Below are positions 37,524 to 47,132 of a stretch of DNA of 64,000 nucleotides, one piece after another. Under the pieces are notes generated by a model, which saw only the letters and a list, made by a program, of their open reading frames with translations, had not been told where the DNA came from and did no database searches. The translations under genes and the position numbers were made by a program. Source of the DNA: Escherichia coli. GTDB taxonomy: Bacteria > Pseudomonadota > Gammaproteobacteria > Enterobacterales > Enterobacteriaceae. The stretch lies in assembly GCA_022969815.1 (NCBI GenBank), contig GCA_022969815.1_4535.1; one strand, written 5' to 3'. The first letter of the stretch is position 1. Each line of letters starts with the position of its first letter.

Positions 37524-38690
37524 TTAAGAAAGGCGACCAATCTGTGCCGAGTTCATGCCACGACGCTCACCTTCATTCACAGTTGCCTGTATGAAAGCTA
37601 ATGGATCGTTCTGCATGTGTTTAATTTGTGAAGGGTTCCAACCGAACATGTTCATGATATCGTTGATACCGTTATCACCCCCACGCCATTTTCCTTTTTT
37701 CTCATCCCATTCAGCAGCCATCATCGAGTTACCCAAACGTTCACGAACGTCTTTAAGGTTATCGATTGACTTAATAATGTTTGCCGAGTCAACACCGTTC
37801 TGTTCACCCCAAGCAGTCATTGTCATAATGGCGTTAGCGTTTGCCTGAACGTTCTCTGCACCACGACCTATGAACTTGATACGATCGTTAGCAGTTTGTA
37901 ACGTATTACCTACAACAGAACCACCTGCAAACAGTCCTGCACCAATCATGGATGAAACCATCATGCGAGGATTAAGGCCCAAAGCGCCATCTCTCATTTG
38001 CGAGTATTGACGATCTTTATCTCGGCGTTGCTGTGCCAGTTCACGTTTATGGTTACGCTCAATATCACGTAGCTCTTTATCACGCATACGCTGACGTTGT
38101 TTGGCTTCTGCTTCCAATTCACGACGAACTCGACGACGACCACGTACTTCATCTTCGATATCTTTTACTTTCTCTCGGTGAGATCGACGAAGATTATCAA
38201 GCTGGTGGGCCAGTGTCTGGTTCATACGTTGAAGAGTGATATCTCCACGTTTGTACGATTCTACAGAAGCATCCATGATTTGTTTGGCTTGGCGTTGCGC
38301 ATCTAAGGAAGCTTTGGTATACTGCATACCACGCTTTTCAAAGTTCTCCATACGGAGATTGCCTAAATCATTACGACGAGCCTGTAGCTCGGCAGCGCGT
38401 TCTTCTGGAGTTTTCTTTCCTGGTTTAGCTGGACGACCAGGACCGGAGGTAGTTCCACCACCTTTTGGAGTAGGAGGGGGAGCAGGGCGAGCAGGGAAAG
38501 TCTGCGCTTTACGCATTTCTCTTTCGATCTCTTTCATCTGCTGCCTAAACTTACTCATGTTTAAGGTGGGCTGTATTCTTTCAGCGAACTTTTTAACACT
38601 CTCTACAGAATCTTTGGCTTCTTTGAGACTGTTCTTGTCCACCTTAAATGTGACTACGTTACTGATTTTAGCCGCGTTTATATCTAACAA
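37524..38690 (-). CDS. tail tape measure protein, N-terminal segment (5' exon; the annotated TAA stop is probably inside the intron)
   Basis: 388-aa charged coiled-coil protein rich in R/K/E/Q; located after tail tube and chaperone genes; too short alone for a tape measure. Confidence 0.55.
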   Translation of the reverse strand: MLDINAAKISNVVTFKVDKNSLKEAKDSVESVKKFAERIQPTLNMSKFRQQMKEIEREMRKAQTFPARPAPPPTPKGGGTTSGPGRPAKPGKKTPEERAAELQARRNDLGNLRMENFEKRGMQYTKASLDAQRQAKQIMDASVESYKRGDITLQRMNQTLAHQLDNLRRSHREKVKDIEDEVRGRRRVRRELEAEAKQRQRMRDKELRDIERNHKRELAQQRRDKDRQYSQMRDGALGLNPRMMVSSMIGAGLFAGGSVVGNTLQTANDRIKFIGRGAENVQANANAIMTMTAWGEQNGVDSANIIKSIDNLKDVRERLGNSMMAAEWDEKKGKWRGGDNGINDIMNMFGWNPSQIKHMQNDPLAFIQATVNEGERRGMNSAQIGRLS

Positions 38691-38705
38691 AGTATTTTCC
38701 TCATG

Positions 38706-38954
38706 TTAGTGGATCATTTTCTTAAACATGTCTTGCATTTGAGTAGCGTTCTCTTGTTGCTTTCTCTTTATTGAAGTGTCTTTGGTGTACAGAGCTTCAA
38801 TATATTCCTCATAAGTGAGGTACTCGTACATCCCCAATAGATAATCCACCCCGTATTGATCCAGGGTGGAGCGTGTTTCCGAGGTATTCTTCACGACCTT
38901 GCAGAGAATGATCTCATACCACTTCAACGTAAGGGTCTTCTCTGCTGTTTCCAT
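38706..38954 (-). CDS. tail assembly chaperone-like protein
   Basis: Position between tube and tape measure. Confidence 0.4.
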   Translation of the reverse strand: METAEKTLTLKWYEIILCKVVKNTSETRSTLDQYGVDYLLGMYEYLTYEEYIEALYTKDTSIKRKQQENATQMQDMFKKMIH

Positions 38955-38974
38955 CGCATGACGAATGGCTGGGC

Positions 38975-39457
38975 TTAGTTCGTTGCCAGATCCTGAACTG
39001 CTTGGAACTGGGTCAACAGTTTTCCGAAACCTCGTTTGAAAAAAGGGCCGTAGTTCACCTCAAGAACTTTTGCTGTCAAGTCGAGGACAAGTTCTGGGTG
39101 AGCAAAGAAGAGTTCGTCGAAGTTATCAGATACGTTGTGACCTGCTTCGGTATATACTTCATCTAAGATCTTACGGAGGAACACAGTAAGGTTCTTCTCT
39201 TCAAGACCAGAGAACAATTGAATAAGTGCCATTGCAATACGAGATTCCAGATCTTCTTCAGCCGACATAAGGGCAGTATTGTACATGGTCATAGGTACAG
39301 CTAAAACGCTACCGAGTTCTGGGATACGCTCGAAGACCTTTGAAGGACTCCATTTCAGAATACGGAAGGTTACAAAACGGGTTTCATCTAAGTAGATTTT
39401 TACGATTTCTTCTGGACGTGCATATTGTTTGATAGTATCATCTTGTTGTTCGGACAT
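38975..39457 (-). CDS. tail assembly chaperone-like protein
   Basis: Position between tube and tape measure. Confidence 0.45.
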   Translation of the reverse strand: MSEQQDDTIKQYARPEEIVKIYLDETRFVTFRILKWSPSKVFERIPELGSVLAVPMTMYNTALMSAEEDLESRIAMALIQLFSGLEEKNLTVFLRKILDEVYTEAGHNVSDNFDELFFAHPELVLDLTAKVLEVNYGPFFKRGFGKLLTQFQAVQDLATN

Positions 39458-39480
39458 AGTTTCCTCTCTTTTTAGTTAAA

Positions 39481-39505
39481 TAAAAAGGGCATTTCTGCCC
39501 TTTCG
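39481..39505 (-). terminator. terminator hairpin after the tube gene (minus strand)
   Basis: minus-strand AAGGGCAGAAATGCCCTTTTTATTT. Confidence 0.55.
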
Positions 39506-39508
39506 TTA

Positions 39509-39988
39509 TTATTGAATGGTCAGTGCGGAGATAGAGTTAAGAACACTCATACCTACACCAACTTCATTACGTAACAGGCTTGCATCTTTCAGACCGATAA
39601 CCCATTGGTTCTCTGTAATCATTTCGCCCATAGTGTCTTCAGGTTGAGATTGAATCCAACCAATGGTGCTAATGTAGTAACCACGAGGATCTTCCAGGTA
39701 AACACTGAATGCTACTTGACGAGTAGAATACATTGTTTGAGCATAAGTTGCCAAAACTTCGTTTGCCGGAGATGTACGTTGCAGAGAAATAGTCATGGTG
39801 CCGAGACGGTTGCGGCTAAGAGCCAGAGAAACATCGCCATCAGTACCAGCATATGGGTTAATAATATCGTTGGCTTTTGCAATTACAATTTTAGTGTCGG
39901 TTGCAAAACCCCACGGCTCCCATCCACCCAGGGACAGAACGATTTGGGAAGGATCATAGGCCATTACGCCAGTAAGCATTTTATCCAA
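39509..39988 (-). CDS. tail tube protein
   Basis: 159 aa, immediately downstream of the sheath gene. Confidence 0.55.
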   Translation of the reverse strand: MDKMLTGVMAYDPSQIVLSLGGWEPWGFATDTKIVIAKANDIINPYAGTDGDVSLALSRNRLGTMTISLQRTSPANEVLATYAQTMYSTRQVAFSVYLEDPRGYYISTIGWIQSQPEDTMGEMITENQWVIGLKDASLLRNEVGVGMSVLNSISALTIQ

Positions 39989-40034
39989 TTTGGATCTCCT
40001 TTAGGGATAAGGCGAGGTTGCCCCCGCCAAATTA

Positions 40035-41408
40035 TTAGTTTGCAGTACGGTTGGTCAGGACGTGAACCTGAACCTTAACGTAATGGAAGAATCCTGCGTA
40101 AACGTATTCAATCTTCATGCCGTCAACCAGACGCTGATTAATCTGCGAATCAGTCATGTCAGCACGAGAAGGAAGGTAAACGATAGGCTTCAGGTCAACA
40201 CGCAGTCCAGTTTCTTCTGAAACAACCACTTCGTTAGAAATAGAGCCATTCAGAATACCAACTTGGATCGGGTTAGCCAGAACCGCTTGTTTAATCAGAG
40301 CCAGACCATTGGAAGTAGCACGAACACCACCACCCAACATTGACTGCTGTTTGAACAGAGTGAACAGAGATTCTTCGGTACGAGCTTTGAACCACAGAGC
40401 GTGAACTACGTAGTCAGCAAAGAAACCGTTAACCATCAGACCATCGCGGTAGAACAGAGTTGCGTGTTCTTTACGGTAGATGTTACCATTCTGTTGAACA
40501 ATGTTATTTTCCGCAGTCTGACCGAGTTTCTCGATTTCAACTCCAACCAGAGTTTTACCATGCAGAGTCGTAGTACCAGGCTGTGCAGAGCAGATAGAAC
40601 CAACAACAGCAGCTTCTGGGAATACAGAGTCTGCGTCGCTCATCCACAGAGCAAAACAGGTATTGACATAGCCAAGGTCATTTAAACGCTCAAGAACGTT
40701 GTCTTCGGCTTTAGTAGTGATACCAACGTCTGAACTGGAGAAGAAGTATACTTTGTCATTCTCTTCTACCCAAGCAGCTACGTCAAGAATATCTTCAACA
40801 GCATGGGAGTCAGACAGAACCCAGAACCAGCTACTATCAATATCGTGCAGAGCGGAGATATCTTCGGTAATACCGTTAGCGTAGACGGTTTCTTTAGCGA
40901 AGCCGCTTGCATCCAGAGAAGCGTATTTGCCTACAACTGGAGAAACAGTGATCACAGCGCCATCGTTAGCAACGGTAAACAGACCACCGTAAACTACGTC
41001 TGCATTGATCATTTCTGTCAGACCAACAACGATTTCTTGTGCTGTTGCAGTGTCGTCAGCAATGAATTTGAAATCTTTCTTGTTCTTGCCTTCTTTGATA
41101 GTGATAACATATGTTGCACTATCTTCAACTGCTGGGGTCAGGGTAAAGTTTGTTACTTCACGCTTACCAACAATCACTTGACTTGGTGCGAATAATCCGT
41201 TAAACAGTTTAACTGCCATGATATAGGCTGGATCATTAACACCGTAACCCGCTTCCAGAAGTGCGTCAGAAGAGGTGTAATATTCAATCGCGTTACCAGT
41301 GACAGTCTGACCAGTAAGGATCAGGGGAATGTCAAACTGGGTTTCACGGATTGATGTAGCTCCGTACAGTAAAGTTACGGTTGCTACCTTTTCACGAAAA
41401 GTTGCCAT
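40035..41408 (-). CDS. contractile tail sheath protein
   Basis: 457 aa; composition and size typical of sheath proteins; followed by the tube gene. Confidence 0.65.
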   Translation of the reverse strand: MATFREKVATVTLLYGATSIRETQFDIPLILTGQTVTGNAIEYYTSSDALLEAGYGVNDPAYIMAVKLFNGLFAPSQVIVGKREVTNFTLTPAVEDSATYVITIKEGKNKKDFKFIADDTATAQEIVVGLTEMINADVVYGGLFTVANDGAVITVSPVVGKYASLDASGFAKETVYANGITEDISALHDIDSSWFWVLSDSHAVEDILDVAAWVEENDKVYFFSSSDVGITTKAEDNVLERLNDLGYVNTCFALWMSDADSVFPEAAVVGSICSAQPGTTTLHGKTLVGVEIEKLGQTAENNIVQQNGNIYRKEHATLFYRDGLMVNGFFADYVVHALWFKARTEESLFTLFKQQSMLGGGVRATSNGLALIKQAVLANPIQVGILNGSISNEVVVSEETGLRVDLKPIVYLPSRADMTDSQINQRLVDGMKIEYVYAGFFHYVKVQVHVLTNRTAN

Positions 41409-41441
41409 TTATGCTCCTGTTAGAAACTTATTCCAATGAAT

Positions 41442-42080
41442 TTATTCGTTGGGGTTGTTAAATAATGATCCATCATCAGTTACTGGTGAGTATTCGCCAT
41501 TAACCTCATGAACTACGTAAATTCTATCCAGAGTTAAATCCAGAGGTGTGGGATCATTGTAGCTATCTCTGAATGATCGAATATGCATGTTGACAGCCTC
41601 TATAGGGGTTGTCATAATATCCTCAATACTCATACGAGTGTTGAAGGTCATAATCATACGCGCTCTAACTTCAGTCTTATCTCCATCCAGAACTGTGTTT
41701 GCCTGTGTGATATTTGTTGCTGACAGGAAACCCATCCCTTTGGAATAGAGATGCTTGTATTTTAATTCCTCTGCACCACGTAGAGCAGCCAGAACATAGC
41801 TCAACAGAGTAGTGGGTCTTCCACGGAAAGCCATGAGTTCAATCTCATAGGTATTGTCCATCTCGTAGGAAAACATATCCTGCTCTATTTTGCCTCGGTA
41901 AGACCACCCGCCAGAATCACTGGAGGTGATAATACGTAGTGCCAGGTATGGATTGGTTGGTTGGACGAACGGTTTGTCCATCACGTAAATTGGCAATCCA
42001 GTTAATTCTTGAAGGAAACTACCTATGTTAAGATAGATAGCATTCTCATACGCTTCGATTTGTTCGTAGATATTAGCCAA
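41442..42080 (-). CDS. neck / tail completion protein
   Basis: Position between head and tail blocks. Confidence 0.4.
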   Translation of the reverse strand: MANIYEQIEAYENAIYLNIGSFLQELTGLPIYVMDKPFVQPTNPYLALRIITSSDSGGWSYRGKIEQDMFSYEMDNTYEIELMAFRGRPTTLLSYVLAALRGAEELKYKHLYSKGMGFLSATNITQANTVLDGDKTEVRARMIMTFNTRMSIEDIMTTPIEAVNMHIRSFRDSYNDPTPLDLTLDRIYVVHEVNGEYSPVTDDGSLFNNPNE

Positions 42081-42522
42081 AGTTTCCTCCCTCTTGATCG
42101 TAATCCCACGTATTGTTTTGATCGTCTAATATGGCGACACAATGATGATGGGTTAGGAAAGTAGTTCGAGTCCAATCTTTAAGGGAGTACACAGAATACC
42201 ACTGACCATCAATCAAGATTTGGTCGGATAGTTGAGAGGTTCCTTGTTGGATGCCTCGCATTTCTGTTTTAGTCCAGAAACTATATTGCGCCTTTGATCT
42301 GTACCCTTCGGGCAGTGCTTTTAGAGTTTTTCCAGAGATTGGTTGCAGACTTGCAGCCGCTATCTCAAACTCTTCATATTCTACGGTACTACCCATATTG
42401 GCGATAACAGAACCTACAGCTTCTTTGTAGACACGTCTACGCCCTTGATATGAGGTAAGATCAAGGAGAGTGAATTGATCAAGTAACACCTGTATCTCCT
42501 TTTTAGTATACATCAAAAACAA
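42073..42522 (-). CDS. neck / tail terminator-like protein
   Basis: Position. Confidence 0.4.
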   Translation of the reverse strand: MFLMYTKKEIQVLLDQFTLLDLTSYQGRRRVYKEAVGSVIANMGSTVEYEEFEIAAASLQPISGKTLKALPEGYRSKAQYSFWTKTEMRGIQQGTSQLSDQILIDGQWYSVYSLKDWTRTTFLTHHHCVAILDDQNNTWDYDQEGGNFG

Positions 42523-42534
42523 AATTTATGCAAG

Positions 42535-43023
42535 TTATTTTTTAGACTTGCCTTTTGTGATCTTCGAGTCTATCTCGTTAATCATGTGCCCTGTGTCAAT
42601 CAAAGTATGCGTAGAGTAATTCCCTTTATCACGACGAATCTTAATTGTCACCGGAGAAAGTGCTCTATATCGTTGGGAAGCTATTGCTCTTGCTATTCCT
42701 TCACGAGAAGCTTTCGCTATCGGCTCAAAAACTCCGAGTCCTTTATTTCGCATAAGGTATTGAACAAAAACATTCGGTAATAGCTTGGCTATCTCTTTAC
42801 TGGAAATCACAGCACCGTCAGTCATAAACGGACGGGCTGGAATATTATTTGTTTCGTTACCATATTGCTGGATAGCAGCTATCGCTGGAATAGTGAGATC
42901 TGATTCAGGGTGTCTCTTGTTTTCAAGGAAACCAGCTTCAATTTCCACATTCTCTAATACCATCATCTTTTTAATGATTGTATCCCAGTCTGTGTCTGTA
43001 CCTGGTAAGATCTCACTTTTCAT
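42535..43023 (-). CDS. head-tail joining protein
   Basis: Position. Confidence 0.4.
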   Translation of the reverse strand: MKSEILPGTDTDWDTIIKKMMVLENVEIEAGFLENKRHPESDLTIPAIAAIQQYGNETNNIPARPFMTDGAVISSKEIAKLLPNVFVQYLMRNKGLGVFEPIAKASREGIARAIASQRYRALSPVTIKIRRDKGNYSTHTLIDTGHMINEIDSKITKGKSKK

Positions 43024-43571
43024 TATTTGTCCCTACGATAATATGATACAGGTCCGTAGTTTCGCAGATAGTTTACGTTACGTGTTTTACGATCTACACT
43101 GGCAACATTACCTAAACCATTCACAGAGTTAGGATCGCTGTTGACACGATCGATTTCACGAGCATCTACACCGCCAATCAGAACACGACTTGTTGCACCA
43201 CGTCCAGCGGTACACCCTGGAATAACCATTAAGCCGTTCAGGTAGTTGTTGTAGATATCTTCCCAAGGAGATTTGTATTCTACTTGACCGTTACTAAATT
43301 TAACTTCTACTTCCACTTCGCCCATCTTTTCACGGCGGGACATTGCACCACCACTTTGACTGTTGTTATTTAAAACATCAGTGTTCCACAGGTATTCAAG
43401 AACAGAAATTAAACTGTTCCATAGAACAGCACACTTATTAGAGTCGGCGTTACCAATAATATCGATCCATGTCTGGATAATCTGAATCAACACTGCGTCT
43501 GGCAAAGTTTCTTGAGACGGATTATAAACAAGGATTCGAACCATTGGTGCCAATTCAGTAGCAATCAGCAT
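43023..43571 (-). CDS. head completion / adaptor protein
   Basis: Position. Confidence 0.4.
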   Translation of the reverse strand: MLIATELAPMVRILVYNPSQETLPDAVLIQIIQTWIDIIGNADSNKCAVLWNSLISVLEYLWNTDVLNNNSQSGGAMSRREKMGEVEVEVKFSNGQVEYKSPWEDIYNNYLNGLMVIPGCTAGRGATSRVLIGGVDAREIDRVNSDPNSVNGLGNVASVDRKTRNVNYLRNYGPVSYYRRDK

Positions 43572-43580
43572 AACTTCTCC

Positions 43581-43925
43581 TTACTTTTTACGGAGTGATC
43601 GTTTCTTGGCTGGTGAATCTACTGCTTCAACTTTCAGAACTTCCTGTTCGACTTCGATCTCTTTGTAATCTTCGAAGCTGACAAGGAAATAGCCCATGTG
43701 CTCTTCGCTACTAAACGGATGAACCAACAGACCAGTTTCTTCACGCAGACGTTGTAAGAAATGAATAAAATTACCACCTAAAGCAACACGACCATCTTTC
43801 AGATAGAAAGACATTGGAGGCGCTTGAGTGAGAGTCTTCTCTGCATCCAGATTGCTCACGAGCTTAGAGAAGTCCTGAATCATTTCGTGGTAGCTGAAGT
43901 AACGTTTTAATTGTGGGTTTGACAT
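43581..43925 (-). CDS. head-tail connector protein
   Basis: Position. Confidence 0.4.
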   Translation of the reverse strand: MSNPQLKRYFSYHEMIQDFSKLVSNLDAEKTLTQAPPMSFYLKDGRVALGGNFIHFLQRLREETGLLVHPFSSEEHMGYFLVSFEDYKEIEVEQEVLKVEAVDSPAKKRSLRKK

Positions 43926-43958
43926 AACAATCTCCTCGGTATATAGTGTTCATATAAC

Positions 43959-43995
43959 AAAAAAGGCTCGCCCATCACGGACGAGCCTCTTTTAG
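43959..43995 (-). terminator. terminator hairpin after the major capsid gene (minus strand)
   Basis: minus-strand AGGCTCG-TCCGTGATGG-CGAGCCT followed by TTTTTTGTT. Confidence 0.6.
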
Positions 43996-44007
43996 AACAG
44001 AGTTCTA

Positions 44008-45006
44008 TTAAGCAGTGGTCAGACGAACAATCAGTTCTGGGCGAACGTTAACTGCCAGAAGAGAGAATTCAGACTGAAGACTTACAGTACGGTGCTCACT
44101 GATCATGAACGTGTACAGTTCACGAGCAACAGTGTTAGCCAGTTCTGGAGTATCCGCAGGAGCGTAGTGCGCCTGGAACATATCCGCGATACCCATAGGC
44201 AGAACATATGCTTCACCAGCAGGGATGTTACCGTGAATATCTTCGATGTAGGTTACGCCGTTCCATTCGAACACCTGAACGTCCATGTTACCGTTCAGAC
44301 GGTCACGCAGGAGGTTAGGAGTGCCCTGGAAGTACTGGTAAGCCTGACGAACGAACGGAGAGTTAACCAGAGAAGCGAAGAACTCACGAGAGCACAGAGC
44401 AACGATACGAGTAGCGGTAGAACCGTCTTGTTTTTCGTCGATGATGTATGCACGAGCTTCTTGCTCAACGGTAGCCGCTGGAGAAACAGTGGTAGAAGCG
44501 AAATCTACAGGAACTGATTTCTGGGTAGCGCCCCACTCGGTGTACCAGTTGTACGCAGAGTTAGCAGCGCCGCCGCCAGTGTATGCACGACCCATTACTG
44601 CTTCAGCAAAGATCTTCTCTTTGGTTTTTGCAGCATCGCGCAGAATCTGCGTCATATAACGGTTAACTACTTCTGCTTCAGTACGCAGAGAGTCGTTGAT
44701 ACCAGCCATAGCGAAGCTACGGAAAGACTGGATATCTTGAGCTTTGATGTTCTTATCCAGTGGGAAGAATGGGATACGGAACACTTTGACTTCTGGAGTA
44801 TCCATAGTCAGGAAGTTACGCTCACCACCACGTTCACGGGCAGGAATCAGACCATCTTGAGTTTTTTGTTTGCCGATTTCAACAACGGTAGTTGCATGGT
44901 ACTGTACATCAAACAGACCCAGGCTGGCAATCAGTGTATCAGGAGTATCCTGAAGTTCGATCATTGGGCTGAAATCAACAACCTGATCTAAAATTACTGC
45001 TGGCAT
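44008..45006 (-). CDS. major capsid protein, lambda gpE-like
   Basis: 332 aa; size and sequence character consistent with the lambda E capsid family; preceded by a decoration-protein-sized ORF and followed by a strong terminator. Confidence 0.6.
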   Translation of the reverse strand: MPAVILDQVVDFSPMIELQDTPDTLIASLGLFDVQYHATTVVEIGKQKTQDGLIPARERGGERNFLTMDTPEVKVFRIPFFPLDKNIKAQDIQSFRSFAMAGINDSLRTEAEVVNRYMTQILRDAAKTKEKIFAEAVMGRAYTGGGAANSAYNWYTEWGATQKSVPVDFASTTVSPAATVEQEARAYIIDEKQDGSTATRIVALCSREFFASLVNSPFVRQAYQYFQGTPNLLRDRLNGNMDVQVFEWNGVTYIEDIHGNIPAGEAYVLPMGIADMFQAHYAPADTPELANTVARELYTFMISEHRTVSLQSEFSLLAVNVRPELIVRLTTA

Positions 45007-45028
45007 TATATTAATCTCCTATCAAAAA

Positions 45029-45421
45029 TTAAGAAGTGAAAACGACTTTTTCAGTCAGTTTCAGATCACGAGTTTCCAGTGCTGCTACGCCAGCGTCGTC
45101 AATCAGATTACCGTTGCTATAGAATACAGCAAAGCGGTTCAGAGTCAGGTCGCGTACACCAACAACGGCGGTGAAAGTGTCACCAACTGCAACATCATCG
45201 ATACCGAACAGAGCATCAGTCCACAGCAGAACTTTAGCAGCATCAGCGGCAGCGGCAGCTTCGGTGTTGTCAGCTTTCAGTACGGAACCAATTTTCATGG
45301 TTGCGGTTTTAACCAGGTTTACTTCGCGTACACAGTGTCCGAGGTCAGAGCTAAAAACTCCACCCAGAACCAGGTGTCCGAATTCCTGGCGAGAGTTAGA
45401 TAAAGTAATTCCTTTAGCCAT
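45029..45421 (-). CDS. head decoration protein (gpD-like), tentative
   Basis: 130 aa, directly upstream of the capsid gene. Confidence 0.45.
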   Translation of the reverse strand: MAKGITLSNSRQEFGHLVLGGVFSSDLGHCVREVNLVKTATMKIGSVLKADNTEAAAAADAAKVLLWTDALFGIDDVAVGDTFTAVVGVRDLTLNRFAVFYSNGNLIDDAGVAALETRDLKLTEKVVFTS

Positions 45422-45440
45422 TTAATTTAATCTCCTAAGA

Positions 45441-46559
45441 TTATTGTTTCTGGGCTTTTTTGAGTTCGGCAGCTTTCTGACGAATCAGTTCAGATGCAGA
45501 TTTGGCAACAACTTCCACATTGGCAACATCAGCGCCTTGTTCTTTACCAAACTCTTTCTTAACTGCTTCAACTTCTGCACGGGCTTTTTCGAATGCGTTA
45601 ACAACAGTTTCAGCGATCTCTTTATTATCGATCAGGTATTTAACCAGTGCTTCAACTTTTTCTTCTTCTACGAAAGCGTAAGACTTAACAACAGTGGTGT
45701 ACTCTTCTTCGATACGAGCCAGTTCAGCTTTACGAAGTTCTTCTGCTGCGAGTTCTGCTTTAGCGATCTTTTCCTGTGCTGCCAGTTCTGCTTGTTCACG
45801 GGCTTCTGTCGCTGCTTTTTCTACAGCTTCAGCAATCTGTGCTTTCATCAGGTCTTGGAATTCGGCAGATTTCAGGAATTCTTCTTTGTTAATATTTTCC
45901 AAAGGTAATTCTCCTTTATTGATTCCAGTTGTGTTTGCAGATTTGTCACCTGCGGGGTTAGCCTCTGCATCCACAGAGTTCTTATTGGTTTGAGCATTAT
46001 GTGCTTTCACCAGATAATCTTTAACTTGATCGTGTTTCAGAGCACCTTTAATAAGATCGCCAAGAGCATCTTCGATCAGGTCTTCAAAGAAATCGACGGA
46101 AACCATAACGTCACCATCAACAACTTGATAATCGGTAGTACGTACAACAGGTTTAGCAACTTCTTCGAGTTCAACAACTAAACCGTTCAAAGTAAAGTTT
46201 ACGGCAAACATACCGTGATCAGAACAGAAGATTGCAACGTTAGCATCAAAGTCTACATCTGCCAGCCAAACCCAGTCCCAACATGTGGAGAACTTTTCGT
46301 TTACAGCGTTGGCGATGCGGTCCATTACTTGCTGAATGTAACCTTTACGTAATTCAGTAACGTCTTCACCCATTTTAGCCAGAGCTTCGATTTTCTCGAA
46401 GGTCACTTCAGGAGAGCCGTCAGATTTAAAAAGCAGTGGGGTATTGTAACCAGACGCTGCACCACCTTGAAAATCGAAAGTGTATGCGATATGTGCGCCC
46501 AGAGTTTCTTCCGTAGCTTTACCCGAAAAGTCTACGTTAGTAAGATATGTATTTGCCAC
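45441..46559 (-). CDS. scaffolding protein, possibly fused to a prohead protease
   Basis: C-terminal half is an A/E/K-rich coiled coil (AEAVEKAATEAREQAELAAQEKIAKAELAAEELRKAEL); position between portal and capsid. Confidence 0.5.
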   Translation of the reverse strand: MANTYLTNVDFSGKATEETLGAHIAYTFDFQGGAASGYNTPLLFKSDGSPEVTFEKIEALAKMGEDVTELRKGYIQQVMDRIANAVNEKFSTCWDWVWLADVDFDANVAIFCSDHGMFAVNFTLNGLVVELEEVAKPVVRTTDYQVVDGDVMVSVDFFEDLIEDALGDLIKGALKHDQVKDYLVKAHNAQTNKNSVDAEANPAGDKSANTTGINKGELPLENINKEEFLKSAEFQDLMKAQIAEAVEKAATEAREQAELAAQEKIAKAELAAEELRKAELARIEEEYTTVVKSYAFVEEEKVEALVKYLIDNKEIAETVVNAFEKARAEVEAVKKEFGKEQGADVANVEVVAKSASELIRQKAAELKKAQKQ

Positions 46560-46561
46560 AA

Positions 46562-47041
46562 TTAGTCCTTCTTGACTTTCACGCCCATCGCACCTATACT
46601 CAAACCTTTAAGAACGCCGTCCTTACGAGCTTGATATAGTTCAGGGTCGTTGAATTGGATTTTAACGAGGGGAGTTCCTTCCACAACGAGTTCGTCACCA
46701 ATGTAACAATCAACTTCGTTCACCCAAGCTTTAACTGGGGCAAATTTGTCTGTGTTCTTCATGTGACCAAGATTACCACTTACGTTAGTAATATTCTCAT
46801 TGAAGTTGTCTACCATCTTCCTGATTTCCATATCAGACATACGCTCACCGTGGAGGTCGTCTTTTTCAGGTGGACAATACAATACCTCAATAACCTGCAT
46901 TTGCTCTTCGTCAAACTTATTATGTTTGATTACTGTTTGAGGTTGTTGAGGGGGTGTAGAATCTTGTTGGGATGGGGTTGATTCTTTCATACCGCTGAAC
47001 GATTTGAAGAGTTCCCAGAGTGTATCTTTATTAAGTTCCAT
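46562..47041 (-). CDS. hypothetical head morphogenesis protein
   Basis: Position after the portal gene. Confidence 0.4.
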   Translation of the reverse strand: MELNKDTLWELFKSFSGMKESTPSQQDSTPPQQPQTVIKHNKFDEEQMQVIEVLYCPPEKDDLHGERMSDMEIRKMVDNFNENITNVSGNLGHMKNTDKFAPVKAWVNEVDCYIGDELVVEGTPLVKIQFNDPELYQARKDGVLKGLSIGAMGVKVKKD

Positions 47042-47132
47042 ATGAACCTCTTAAAAACAAATATCCCATAAATCTTAGTCTACAGGATATTCGTCATTTT
47101 GTCAATACCTAAAATCAAAAAAGTTTAATTTT

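Noticed and set aside
38706-39457. Programmed frameshift between the two tail chaperone ORFs
   Set aside because: The two ORFs are separated by about 20 nt and do not overlap; no slippery heptamer seen, so they are treated as separate genes.
45444-46181. Plus-strand ORFs antisense to the scaffold gene (45444..45908, 45694..45993, 45990..46181)
   Set aside because: They are antisense artefacts of the A/E/K-rich coiled-coil coding region, whose reverse frames are Phe/Cys/Ser-rich and stop-poor.
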